Shown here: positions 13,286 to 27,665 of the stretch, piece after piece
Layout: the number at the start of each line of letters is the position of its first letter
How positions within the stretch are numbered: the stretch's first letter is position 1
Origin: the human T2T-CHM13v2.0 reference genome, Homo sapiens
Reading direction: 5' to 3' (one strand)
NCBI RefSeq assembly: GCF_009914755.1
Contig: NC_060947.1
Length of the DNA: 64,000 nucleotides
Position numbers and translations under genes: made by a program
The notes under the pieces: generated by a model
Databases searched by the model: none
Told to the model about the DNA's origin: nothing
The model's input: the letters and a program-made list of their open reading frames with translations, nothing else

Positions 13286-14528
13286 CTGTTAAAACATCTT
13301 TCTCTTAATTAACTAATGATGATCATTGATGTGAATTGGTTTTTTCCAAAAGTCTTTACTTGGCAAAATAACAAGCTGGCAGTCCTAAATTGTTGCCATC
13401 AGCACATCCCCTTTCTTAAATTGGACTGGCCTGGGGGAAGTGTGACTGAGATGGTGCTCTCCCTGGAATTAAAGGAGAAGGATGACCCTAAACAGGGTTT
13501 CCAGAGGCTCACAGTAAAGTGGAGGGTCATTTGAAAGGCAGATCTTGGTTTTGACCATGAGTTTGGTGTTTTCAGTGGACTTGAAGCTGCTGAGAAACAT
13601 CCATGAAGTGTTCTTGTCGGTGGAGTCCGCAGTGGAGATTGCAGTTCGCTGAGTCATTGATTGCAGCTCCCTCCGGGCTCTGGTTCCCAGATGCGGCGGT
13701 GCACGTCTCCAGTCCCCTTGGTGTGATTGTTTCTGCCTCCAGTCATTCCACATTGGTTACTGTAGCTAAGGCTTGACCAGTAAGTGCATGCCTGCCATGT
13801 GAACTACTCAGCTGTAGGTCACATAACCCTTAGCAGCCTGGGCAAGGCCCTAGACTTTACATACCTTGTAGCGTTGTCAGGATAGTCTTGGCTCCCCTCT
13901 GCCCCATCCCTGTAGACAGATGGAAGGCTAGGAAGGGTTGATGTTATCAGGTCTCCCCAGCACCAGATGAGCGATTTCATTACAATGGTGTTTTCCGAGT
14001 GTTCTGATGGACTGCCTCTAAGTGAGGCACGAGAGTAGAACGATACAGACTTGGGGAGAGAGCAGTGGCAAGTGGTTCTCTGGCAAGAACTCAACATTAA
14101 CATTCCAGGAGCCAGGTGCTGAGTACCACAGGCAAAGCATGGTGGCTTTGAGGTCCCGTCCATGGTCTCTTCCTCGGCCCCCTTGATCAGGCTGGGAGAT
14201 AATGTCTCTGATATCCCTGTGAGCGTCCCTGGAGAAGTGGTGTGCCATGAGCAGGAAGGCATCATGTACCCCCATCAACCCACCAAAGCATGAAAAAGAA
14301 CACGTTGCTCTTAGTGGCAGTGTTAGCAAAGAATAATGCGTTCTTCCCTGCTCCCTCATTCCAAGCCTAAGGGACATCATGTGCCCTTTCCTCTTGCCCA
14401 GGTGAACTTCTATTAGATTAGTGCCACAATTCAGTGTCGTCTTTTCGTTCTGCTACTTCGCCGTTGGACATTAATCTCCCAGCTCTCATTCCTGAAATCA
14501 TTTCACCCTGCAAGCTTACCTTCCCTAC

Positions 14529-15071
14529 TGTATTAGGTTCTGCAGAGAAACAGAACCAACAAGAGTAGGGGTAGGGAAGAGAAGGGAGAGAGATTATTTT
14601 ATTATAGGAATTGGCTCACGCAATTATGGAGGCCAGGAAGTCCCACCATCTGCAAGCCGGAGACCCAGGAAAGCCAGTGGTCTCATTCAGTCCAAGTCTG
14701 AAGGCCTGAGAACTGGGGGTGGGGTGGGGTGTGGAGTGGGGTGGGTGGGTGGGTGGTCATAGTGTAAGTCCCAGAGTCTGAAGGCCTGAGAACCAGGAGC
14801 TTTGGTGTCTGAGGGCAGAAGGTGGATGTCCCAGCTCAAGAAGACAGACAGAATTCACCCTTCCTCCACCCTTTTGCTCTATTCAGTCCCTCAATGAATT
14901 GGATGGTGCCCACCCACATTGGTGAGGGTGGATCTTCTTTGCTCAGTCCACTGATTCAAATGCTTATCTCTTCCAGAAATTCCTTCCCAGACACACTCAG
15001 AGATAATGTTTGTACCAGCTATCTGGGCAAGCTTTAGCCCAGGCAAGTTGACACACAAAGTAAACCATCAT
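14529..15071 (-). mobile_element. ERVL LTR (MLT2B-like) with internal G-rich tract
   Basis: cagagaaacagaaccaa...ggaattggctcacgcaattatggagg...gaaggcctgagaac...caagttgacaca; (GGGT)n-like run 14715-14756. Confidence 0.75.
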
Positions 15072-15226
15072 GTATATCCTCTGCAGAACCTCCTGTGCTT
15101 TGCCACTTCTGAACAGTGGAGGATTTTATGCCTTAGGCATTTTGGACGTCTTTCCTTGCACATATATATTTGAGATTATTTTTAAGATGTGGGAAATTGT
15201 CAAAAATGCCGAATTCTGGACAATGA

Positions 15227-15595
<369 letters not shown>

Positions 15596-18500
15596 TGGAT
15601 TTCATATATATTCAGATTTAAAGGAAGTTTGTGGAAGTGGAACTCATAATTCTGAGTGGTGATGTGATTTCTAGAGAATTCTCTGGCCAAACGACCACTA
15701 TCATGATGACTAGTTTTGTGTTTTTAACTGTGGGTCCTGTGAAGCGTACCAAAAGGACTGCTTGCACCTTGCCTCAGGAGCGCCTCTTCGGATTCCCAAG
15801 GCAGACCTAATGATAGGAATATTCACACTATTGATTTTAAAATTTCAGAAATTTTAAAAGTGAAGTTGAAAGAGCAAGTCTTCTTGAAGCAATCCCGATG
15901 ACGCAGATGGCTCCTTATTTTTAACTTAAGGGCGCTTGTTCCAGAACTGTGCACAAACTGTAGCTGTTACCATAGAAACACTCTCAGTCCAGATAGGAAC
16001 AAAACATTCGGTCCATCCAGTTTCTCTGCCTCTTAGTTTTTGTTGCCAGGATCAGTCCTGCTGTTCATCAGTTGTCGAGGATCAGTGTAGTGTTATGATT
16101 CCAGTTGAATTTGATCAATCACTTGGATTTTTTCATTTCTCAAATGACTTCCTATCTGGGTTTTAGGGGTGGGGCACAGTTGTGAGAAATAAGGAAAAGC
16201 ATCTTTGCCACTGTGGCTCTGTCTTCCCTATTCTGGTCAACACGGAGAAGCCTGTAGACTCACTGCTTTTTATTTGATGAAGTTGCTCTCTGAAGATCTG
16301 TCTGTTGCAAAGGGAGAAGATGTCAGGGCTGGGAAGCTGAGGACGGGGTGAGATATTGGTGTATTAGTAGACCTTTCTTATCCCACATATTCTAGATTCA
16401 GACTTCTCAAACTTCTGACATAAAGAGTTGAGTAGAATGGACGCTGGTTTAGTTCAATCAGCTGAAGTGATTTCATTGTCCATCTGACTTACATCTCAGC
16501 TGTTTTCTTTAACCTTTGCTTTTTATTTAAATGGGTATTTACAACAAGAAAACTAAGAGAAAATGTAAGGAGTATCGAACCTGTAGCCGTAATTGCAATC
16601 TGAAGGTATGAGGCTCTAAGCTGACCCCGCGTCCTGGAATGTGCCATTGGGATCCCTCACGACTCATCACCATGGGATAGGACCGTGGGCTGTCCAGAGT
16701 TCTGCTTGCTATTCCAGAAAGCAGCAGGATTTTAGGACCATGAGAAATGATATTGTAGACTGCAGATTTTTGGTATAAATTCAAATAATTAGGGATTATT
16801 CTTGATATGCCTCAGAACTTTTTATTATTGAAAGTGCATTGTTTTCCTATAAAAATGCAAATCGTATTTAAGATTTTCATGTGAATTGTGAGAGTCTAAA
16901 TAGTTTCTGCGGCATAAATGCATGGTTTAATGGTGCCTGGGTTGTAACAGAAAAGTGTTTGAGCAAAAATCATAAGGGAAAAATGATTCATATTTTATGT
17001 CTGTCTACATTAGACCTGCTCAGGGAATAGAATTTGGGAAACACATAATAAATAAGAAACCTGCATGCTTGATTGAACATTTGCTTTCTTCACTATCAGG
17101 ACACGGGGGCATATATTTTAAGGCTTTTAAAGGCATTTGGGAGAGATTTTATATAGGCCATAAAATGCATTACCCCTCAAAAATAAAAATCACTGAAGAA
17201 TATAGTTGGCTCACAGAAAAAAAAAAAATCCTCTCTAATTTTAAGCTGCTATTAGTTCTCTTTACAAAAAACTCGGGAAAGTTATTTTGTTTTGCAAACT
17301 TTAACCATGACCTTGCTTTACTTCCATGTATTTAATTTCACTGAAATGATATTTCAAAGAAAAGCCTTTCTGGAAATTGTTTTTCCTTTAATACCCAAAA
17401 TTGGAACAACAGCACTCACAGGAGCGAGGCTCCAACCAGTGGATCAGCTGTTTGGCGTGGATGTAGAAGAAGGTGCATTGAAACTCAGTACATCTGTGTT
17501 TAGCCTTAGGCAGGAAGTCTGTTTCTTCAAGTAAACCTAACGTACTAAAGATACTCCCTGCAGATGGCTCGTTTCCGGCCCACGGCAAGGTAGACAAGTC
17601 ATACGGTTTTAAAGGCAAAGCCGTCTTGTCTGTCTCATGGGGACATAAGAACAATCGATTGTTGAAGGAATCCTAGTGCTTTTGGCTTCCAGTACAGACA
17701 GACAGACAGATGTGCCTCTCTCGACCTTGCTGAAGCAGGCCCCAAATGTTCACACCTAGAACATGGGGACAAAGAAAGAAATTGAACTTTTCAATATGTT
17801 CCAGTTTCTTCTAGATTCATATATAGCTCTGAAATGAAGATGAGATTGTTTGCATTGTTGCATTGTTTTGAAATTTTATTATTAAACCCCACAATTGGAA
17901 GGCACAGAAATGTTTGCCTAGCATTCAGCACAGCCCAAACATTTCCAGATGGGTTGCAGATTTTGTTTCTGCTGGAGAGGTCGTCCCTTGCCGTTTGTCC
18001 TTGCATATTTTTCCTGCCAGCTGTGGGAAGTGACAGGACATGGTTTAATTTGGGCTGCTGTTCTGTTTCTTTATGCCTGCAGCAGACAGATCTTTTGAAA
18101 CTCACCCTTTGCCTCTCCTCCCTCCTATAATTCATTTTTTTCCTCATTCTTTTTTTCCTGACAGTGCATATTACTTGAGATTTTCCTGGAAAGGTTGTGA
18201 TTATCTGGAATTGGATCTTCCGCCACCTTCAACAGCTTGAATCCTTGTAGGCTAGCAGCTAACCTAGAGCTGGCAGACTCAAATGGAATCTTGATCTCTT
18301 CATATTTAAGGCTCAGAAAACTCAAAAGGAGTGTTCTGTAAAATACTTCTGTTTATATTATATGTATGGTAATTAGTATGAGTATAAAATGGTCGGGCAA
18401 AATTTAGCTGGGCTCAGACTTTCCTGTGGATCAGATAAATGGAAATGAAAAAAAGTATGAGGACACAGATTTGCTGATTGTTCTTCATCTTTTATATTTA

Positions 18501-20311
18501 TTTCTTAACTTGTCTTGGTCTACTGTAGAATGTTCCAGAAATGTCATTGGGTATAATGTCTGATTTAGCACTGACTTATTTGTGGGTTTGCTTGGAGTGT
18601 ATTTTCCTTGGGCTTTGGATATATGACTGCCATAAATTTTAATTACACTAATTAGACGTAGGTGGATGCTTAAGCCCAGTTGGAGTCCTAGCCCTGTTCA
18701 GCTGCCTCTGTCATTAGTTTTTCTGGTGACATGGTTTGGCACCATCTTCCAACACGTTTTCCAGACATTAGTTTTAAGTTAGAAAATAACTTGTCTAATA
18801 AAGCTACTGACATTCAACTAGTGTCTTTACCTTGTTGAAGTGGACTTGAGTAAAATGCATACATTTAAACTGTAACTTGTGTACCCGTTTCTTTCCTTAA
18901 CTGTGGGCTTTCAGATTCGTTTGGTGGCTAGAGAGGGAGTCATGCCCGATCCTCATGAGTCCATGTGCTCGTGTCTAGTTTAGGTGGAGCCTGACTTGGC
19001 ACAAGGCTGGGTGGCAGGTTTTAACATGTGTGGCAATGCTAGTCAATTGGGGATATCCACATGGCTCATAGTGTAGAGAAGGCTTCTGAGGTCTAGACCC
19101 AGCAGGTGGGAAGCCAGCCTTGGTTAGTGCCGTGGACCGCGGGCACAGGAGGAGGCAGTCTCAGGAGCACCTCTGCCCTGCATCTCCCTCGGAGGATATA
19201 GGGCCACGTGTGCCTGCCACTTCCCTGTTCTCACAGCTCTTTGTGATCTCAGAGAAGCCTCTGGATTTTGTTTTTGGGTGAGTATGCCAACTATGTCCTC
19301 CACAGCATGGGGTTCAGGTTGAGTTTGCCATTCCTAGTTTCTCCCTAGAAACATATCCCTGATCTTTAACCCTACTTAAAGGGCTTAAAACATTCTACTC
19401 TTACTTTTAAAGGATGCTTTAAAAATACAGGCCACATCTGTTTCACTTAATCTGCATTCAACAGCACCTCATGACACAAAAAGTAATGCAGTCTGTTTGC
19501 CAAGCAAGCACTTGGAAATTTCGAGGCATGGAAACTGATAGGAGCCTCTGTTTTTCCACCTTGAGGATTGTTGCGCTTTGCATCCACCCAGATCATCTCT
19601 CACCAGCATCCATGCTCACAGGGCTGCCTCTCTTCCTCTCACATATTTGCAGGCGTGTTTGTTCACTGTTCAATGCACTCAGCTTTTGTCGAGTGCCCAC
19701 TTGCTCTCCGCAAGGTGTTTTGAATTCATGTATGGCCAGGGGCTCTGGTGCAGGAAGGAGCACACAGAACCAGAAGACGCGGAGCATGGGGCTTCGAAGG
19801 TCTTTCCTTCAGGACGCCAGATGATGAGTGCATTTCTCCTTTGTTATTTTGCTAAAGCGGCTGACAGTGGTTAGACACAGCTGAGGAGGCGGGAGGCCGG
19901 CAGCACTTCTGGGGGTCCAGCATGCTGTTTAGCTACTGATGAGGGTGGGCAGAAGAAACAAGCAGACTCCCTCCTGCTCTGGGACAGTTTCATGTAGGAA
20001 ACCAGGAGTCTGAGCCGCCGAGTATGGGCATGTTGAGGGCTGCTGGCCTTTTTGTCAGTTCTTCGGAACAGGCACGATGGGGTTATTTTCATCTCGAATC
20101 TCAGGCTAAGGGAGCTTCAGGAAAAGACTTCTGCACCATTTTTTAGGACATTGTTTCCATATCCTTTTAAGTGTAAGGGTCACTTGGTGTAATCATTTCA
20201 CTACTTATTTGGCAAAAGGAGTTTATAGAATCAGTGTGAGACGTGGAGAAGGTGTGAAGACGGCGTTTTCAGTCCGCCGATGTCCTTTTTTCCTCCCCGT
20301 CTCTCTTGCAG

Positions 20312-20554
20312 AGTCGCCAACATCCAGCAGCAGCTGGCCCGGCTTGACAATGAGTCCTGGCCAAGCACGGCCGAGGCTGACAGGGACCGGCTGCAGCTCA
20401 TCAAGGAGAAGGAGGCCCTGCTGCAGGAGCTTCAGCTCATCATTGCACAGCGCCGCTCTGCGGGAGATGTGGCCCGGCTGGAGGAGGAGCGGGAGCGCCT
20501 AGAGGAGGAGCTGCGGCGTGCACGGGCCACCTCCGCACAGGGCGCCACGGAGAG
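20312..20554 (+). CDS. WWC3: WWC3 coding exon: VANIQQQLARLDNESWP...DRLQLIKEKEALLQEL...GATE(R)
   Basis: ctctcttgcag|A ... AG|gtgggt; 243 nt; coiled-coil heptads, within ORF 20280..20642. Confidence 0.95.
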
Positions 20555-23500
20555 GTGGGTCAGCGGGGACACGACCTCCAGCGGAAAGCCTGCTGGAAAA
20601 ACTCCACGGGGTGGCTTGTGTGTGGCTGGAGGGTGTTCCTGATGATCACTCAGAGCCTCTCCTGCCTGGATGTTCCCTGGCCTAGGAGGGGCATGCGGTG
20701 GGGGGCACTGCCTTCTGCTCCCTGGGTCTCTGGAGCCTCTGCTCCGAAGCAGGAGGTGATTGACAAGGGGGAAGGAGTGAGGGAAGATGGGTGACCTCCA
20801 TCTCCGCCCACGCCCCACCCTTCCTGAAGTTGGTGCTTGGTGCTTCCACCTGCCTTTGTGGGACAGTGCCCTGAGCAGGCTGTGGTCCCGCTCCGGCCCG
20901 GGCAGCTCTGTTGCATGGGGGAAGAATTCCCTGTTCCTGACGTGGTGAGCATGGTGGGTATCCACCTACTGCTTTCCTCTCCAACTTTGATTTCTAGCCA
21001 GGAGAGCCTGCTCTTCTCTGGCATTGGGAAGCTGGCCACCTGTCGTGCGTCTGTCCTGAGGCTCCTTCACCACGCAGGACATGCAAAGCCAGCATAGTGG
21101 CTTTGGTATTCGGTGGCACTGAGTCGTTCAGCCTTTCCTCGTGTGCCGTGTGTCCTGGTTTCCATTTGCTGTGTGAGACTGCAGATTGTGTCAAAGGCTG
21201 GGCCTGCCTTCCACACTTAACAGCAGTTTCTCTGTGGCTATCAGCTGGGCTTTTGGAGAGCAGCCCCTCCCCCACGTGTTAAAGTCTTGCCCCCTTGAGC
21301 TCACATGAGCAGCTCTACAGAGACTCTAATAGATGCTTGGATGATTCGATCTGTTCAGATGCTCTTACTCCTACTGTTTCACGATGGTTGTATTGTTGGG
21401 CGTCCTTTATGCTTGATGTTCATGGGTCATCTTCATAGGAGACAAGTCTGTGGCTTGGCACGAGGGGCTCACGGCAGCCTCAGGGAAGCGGTGGTGTTTG
21501 GAGAGTTGAGCTCAGAGTCCTAGGCAGGTGAATTTCATTTTGCCTGAGATGGTGGCATGCCCTGTCACCTCACCCGGAATCAACCGCGAGGAGAATCTGA
21601 ATGTGAAAGAGCTCTTGCACGGCTGCGTTTGTTTTCAGCTAAACATTTCCTTCTGTTCCACCCCTGGTATTCTTGTATGTGTGTTCTGCGTAGGAGGGCC
21701 TGGGAGTTCCTGTTGCTTCTCTGTGAAGGGGGGAGGACTTGGCCCCACAAATGTCGCCTGCATCTCAGGGCCCCACACCCACGCTCCTTTGACTGTGGCT
21801 GCTGTCACCATGTGGAAATCCAGCACACACGAGTGCTGTGGCCCCTGAGTACAAGTCTGCAGCCCTCCATGGAGCCAGTGTTAGCCCCGATGCCTGGGTT
21901 CAAGGGTGGGGACAGCAAAGCCGGACCAGCTTTGACTCCCATGGGGGTCTCTCGTGAGACCAGCCCAGGTGCTGAGTCCTGGGACTCAGAGCCCTCGACC
22001 AGGACCTAATCGCCCCAAGCGTGTTTCCTGAATCTGCTGCTAAATGACCTTGGCCGGAAAAGCACATCCACATGTGCTAAGCACTTGCACGCACATCGCA
22101 TGGGGGTGGGGCTCTTGTAGCTCTGGGCTTTCTGTGCCGGTACACGCAGGGCCCATTTCTCCACTCCACCTCCCTTCATTGGAGGGGTGTTTGCAGTTTG
22201 CAAGTATGAGGCCACATGGTAGGAGGCTTCCCCCAGCACAGGCTGGCAGCATTAGGAGACCCGGCGTGGGCCAGGTGCAGAGAGAGAGTGAGGTTGGTGC
22301 CTTAAGGCTGAGCCGTGCCAGCTGTAGAGCTGGGCCCAGTCTGCCTGTCTCACCTGCAGTGTCATCAGCAGCAAATGGGAGGCGTTTGCCGGGCTGGGGG
22401 TGTCATCCGGGGGAGAAAGAGAGAGATGCGCACCTCCTTCAGGCCTCCCGCCCCGGCAGATGATACGTGCGGCGGCCTCCCAGCTGCTCAGAGCCAGCAT
22501 CTCTGGAGGGAGCTGGTGCACGTCTCCTGGGCTGAGGGAGCAGGCTTGAGGTGAAGGACACATACCCTAGATAATCTCTCGGATGGCTCGTGTCAACGCT
22601 TGCAACATCCTTTGCTATTTTAGCTTGCTCATGTTAGTGTGTGGCAGGCATTTATACAAGATGCTGATGTTCAACAGAGAACCCCACGGCTCTATTACAA
22701 GATGCCTGCCATCCTGAGAAATTCTCTTTCCAAGGATGACTGCTTTTATTATAGGGGTGATTATAAAATGAAAGATCTATCAAAAAGCAAAAATTTTGTT
22801 CTGCTGAACCTGAAGTCATGTTTTCCTTTGTCATAATTTAATGACATCTTTACAATAAAGTACTTTATGTAAAGTAAATAAAGACAGTAAATTAGACTTT
22901 ATATTTTCTTAATCTGTTAGCTTACTTTTCTACTCCTTTTCATAGCAGTGGTAAATATTCTTTGAAGTTCGTTTCATTTGAATTGGAGACACAAGGCTAT
23001 GTGCTTTAGGAGTTGGGCCCTGGCCAGTTTTCTGCCAGGAAACTGTATCCCCTTTTCTTTTTGTTGAAAAAATAAGTACAGAAGTCAGGCAAATGTCTAA
23101 GACTCTTATTTTAGCAGTTTATGTTCCAGCCAGTTTTTTAGATGTCTCAGTTATTGCCAGCGTGGCCCCTGTTTGGTAAGGAAGTTACATTTTTAGTCAT
23201 CTGCAACTTTCAGAATAACCAGCATAAAATTAGACTGCAAATGTGGGCAGTCATGGGCACTTGTGTGTGATCTTGTATCCAGATGCGCTGTCTCTTGTGC
23301 GCTCCGAAATGCACCTGTTTGTATAATGACAAATGTGTTGTATTGGATAGAAGGGGGGAATTTGATCTAAAACTTTTTTCACTACAGATAAAACAATCTG
23401 AAAATAAGTCATGACTAAAGACAGTCTAAAACCGAGCCGTACATATGAATGTATCTATATGTCATATGTGTGAAAACAGAGCTGGAATGCGCTGACGGAT

Positions 23501-24181
23501 TTAGCGATGGGTTGGAAATTCTACCCTGGTCACTCAAGAGTGGAGCCAGTTTTCAGTAGGAACTCAATTTAGATTCTATTAATTTGGGATTTGAGCTAAT
23601 AGAATTCAGGTTGGGTTAGAATTTCTGAAAAGCATTAAGAAAAAAGTTAGTAGCCTTGGACCGGGCTTGGGTAAATTCCCTACAACAAATGGCTTCTTGG
23701 AGCTGGTCACTGTTTGCCACTGGATACGCTCTGCTGGTGTCGTCTCTGCCCCTGGAGTCCTCTGTGACTTAATAGTGTCCCGGTGCTTGTGAGAGTGGGT
23801 TCCAAGTTACAGCTCCAAAGCTCAATGAAGGATGTATTTTGAACTCACTTTTAAACTCCCTTTGAAAACTCTCGGCTCTCCATCTTCTGAAAAAGATGGG
23901 GTTTTTGAGGATATCGCCCTTGATAAGCGTCAGATAGGATGTGAGTATCACAGAAAATTGGGGAAATGTTTTTCAGTAGTAAAGGAAATGCCTGTTTGTT
24001 GGTAGTGTGCCTTGGCTTTAGGGTCAATCCAGCCTGACCGAACTTTGAGCTTGCGTAGCAGACGCAAGCTACTTTATATGAGTTTCTTCATCTGTAAAGC
24101 AGGAATAGAATCCAAAGACCAGTAAGGAATGAGGCAGTGCATAGAAAGCAGTGTGCCTTTCTATAAGCCCCTCAGTGGAAC

Positions 24182-24480
24182 TTTTTTTTTTTGAGATGGA
24201 GTCTCGCTCTGTCGCCCAGGCTGGAGTGCAGTGGCACGATCTTGGCTCACTGCAAGCTCCGACTCCCGACTCCCGGGTTCACGCCATTCTCCTGCCTCAG
24301 CCTCCCGAGTAGCTGGGACTACAGGTGCCCGCCACCACGCCCGGCTAATTTTTTGTATTTTTAGTAGAGACGGGGTTTCACCGTGTTAACCAGGATGGTC
24401 TCGATCTCCTGACCTCGTGATCCGCCCGCCTCGGCCTCCCAAAGTGCTGGGATTACAGGCGTGAGCCACCGCGCCCGGCC
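24182..24480 (-). mobile_element. AluY, CpG-rich (young)
   Basis: AluY diagnostics, most CpGs intact; 7-bp internal duplication gactccc. Confidence 0.92.
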
Positions 24481-24597
24481 CCAGAATTGCTTTTTAAACG
24501 TTACTTTCATTTGTACAAGCTATCAAAACATTTTCCTTAAAAATTAAAATATCATAGGTAAGTGGAATCTTAGAACATTCTACTCAAGAGTTTATTA

Positions 24598-25457
<860 letters not shown>

Positions 25458-26440
25458 GTTTCAATATATGATATTGAACTTGAAAGTGGGTTGTGTCGTG
25501 GCTCCATTTAGGACGATGCTTGTTACTCTCTTGCCAGCTGACCTCTGCATGGCACCATTTGGAATTTTGTTTGCATCAAGAGAAACAAAGGCTCATCAGA
25601 ATTTATGGCATGTGGTTGAAACTTGTAAACAAACTCAGACTGGTTTGTCTTCCTTATCCTAAGTTGGTGGCGCATCTGTTTCCTTTATGGGTGATAGCAG
25701 CTCTTTGTCAATCACGTGTCATCTGCCGTACATTATTTTATCTATGCAGCATCAGTTCCCTGAGCTGGAGATTGTGGACTCCATTTTTACAGGTAATGAA
25801 ACTAAGGGCTCAGAGAGGGTGAGACATTTGCCTAAGGCCACACAGCTTGTGAGTGACTGGCCAGGTGGGATTCTCTGAATCCCAGGCTGCTGTCAGACAC
25901 TGTGTCTGGTTTCCTCTCACTCCCACCTAGCCAAGCTCTTTAAACCCCTTCGGCATGTCCCCTTCCCTGTTGGTGGAAAGAGGAAGGTATTAAAGGGGCC
26001 TACTGTGGCCACACGTCACAGTGTCATTTCCATTTGTAAACCAGGAGTGTTTCCTTCTAGAGGCAAACATATTTATTCATGGAGTTGTCCAACAACTGTG
26101 TATTGAGTGCCTATCCACAATAGGCTCGATTCTAGGCGGTGGGCCTACTGCAGTAGGAATAAATTTTATTCTACAAAATTACTAAGTAGAAAAAAGTAGA
26201 AGGAAGGAAAACAAAAATACCTCCAACCCCATGGCCTGGAGATGGCAACGGCTGCTGTTTTGTTTCATTTGCTTCTAATGTTTTAACTGTATAGATCTTA
26301 GAATTATATTTGTTCTTCTCTAGAAGGTGGCCTAGTATGAGGGAATCTGATTTGTTCCAAGGAATTTCAACAGATGACTGCGTGCTCTGCGTTTGAGCTC
26401 ATCTGCTAGTTATCTGTCCTTCTGCTCACTTACCACTCCT

Positions 26441-26663
26441 CCCATCCATCCAAGCAGCCATCCCCAGCCACCCACCCAGCCAGCCATCTAGCCACCCACC
26501 CAGCCACCCACCCAGCCACCCATCCAGCCACCCATCCAGCCACCTACCCAGCCAGCCATCCACCAACCCAGCCACCCATCCAGCCACCCACCCAGCCACC
26601 CAGCCACCCATCCAGCCACCCACCCACCCATCCAGCCACCCACCCATCCAGCCACCCACCCAC
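26441..26663. repeat. Compound tetranucleotide repeat (CCAC/CCAT/CCAG)n
   Basis: ~220 bp of CCAN units; source of the Trp/Gly-rich antisense ORFs. Confidence 0.92.
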
Positions 26664-26951
26664 ACATTGACCCATCCCTGTGCCCACTCCTCTTCTCACG
26701 CATCCCCTCCCCCGTGCACTGTGCCTGGCGCTTCCACAGAGTAGCAGGCACTGCTCAGGGTGCCAGGGATGTATTTTTCAAACGGGACAAAAGCAGTCTC
26801 TGTGATCTTGGCCCTTGTGACCTGGGTGCTTTTAGAATGGGTGGTGATTGCAACCTAATTCAGCTGGAGGGAATTGATAGTGGACTGTCTTGTTATGAAA
26901 ATATTCTCCCTGTCTTTGAAATGTACTAATCGACTGTCTTCTTACCTACAG

Positions 26952-27041
26952 GATTCTGCTTCAGGAAAAAAGGAATTGTCTACTTATGCAGCTGGAAGAA
27001 GCCACCCGCTTAACATCCTACCTCCAGTCCCAGTTAAAAAG
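26952..27041 (+). CDS. WWC3: WWC3 coding exon: ILLQEKRNCLLMQLEEATRLTSYLQSQLK(S)
   Basis: cctacag|G ... AG|gtaggt; 90 nt, phase 2/2; conserved WWC EEATRLTSYL..QLKSL motif. Confidence 0.93.
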
Positions 27042-27665
27042 GTAGGTTACTTTCAAAGAGAAAACTGTACTTGTTCATCATGTTCCAATGACTGGTACAT
27101 GAACTCGTTTCTTGTAGCTTGACCTGAAATGTTGTTAACACAGAATGGATACATTATATTTTTAACATGCTACTACTGTATGACTCAAGGAATATGGAGA
27201 GAACCACATTTGGCTTCAGGGTAAATAAGAGGCCTGAAGTCAGATGTATTCAAGGATTTTGTAACCTAATTAACAGTTTCAGAAGTGTACATCTATACAC
27301 GTGCGCATTTTTGTTTTGGGTTTTTTTTAAAAGCATACGAACTTTTTAAGCTAGTAAGATTTGGCTGCTCAAGAATGGCCAATGTCAAGGGCCTCAGATG
27401 TGTCATTTTCTCAGATATTCCTCCTAACAATGCCCCAGGTGGGAACTGTTCTCACCCCAGCCCCAGTGAGCCCGTGGGAGCCCAGAGGGGGTGAATGGCT
27501 TGACCAAGTGTACCTGGCTAGTATGTGTTCCAGCCAGGACTGGGACTGGGACTTGGGCACGGGTCTCTGCTGTTGCCCACTGCTCTCTGCCACCCTTTCC
27601 GTGCTCACAGGGTGAGCAGGGGTGGCTGCCCTGCCATCTCAGATGGCCATGCTGTCTCATTTCAG

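Noticed and set aside
26426-26751. Trp/Gly-rich antisense ORFs
   Set aside because: Products of the CCAN simple repeat.
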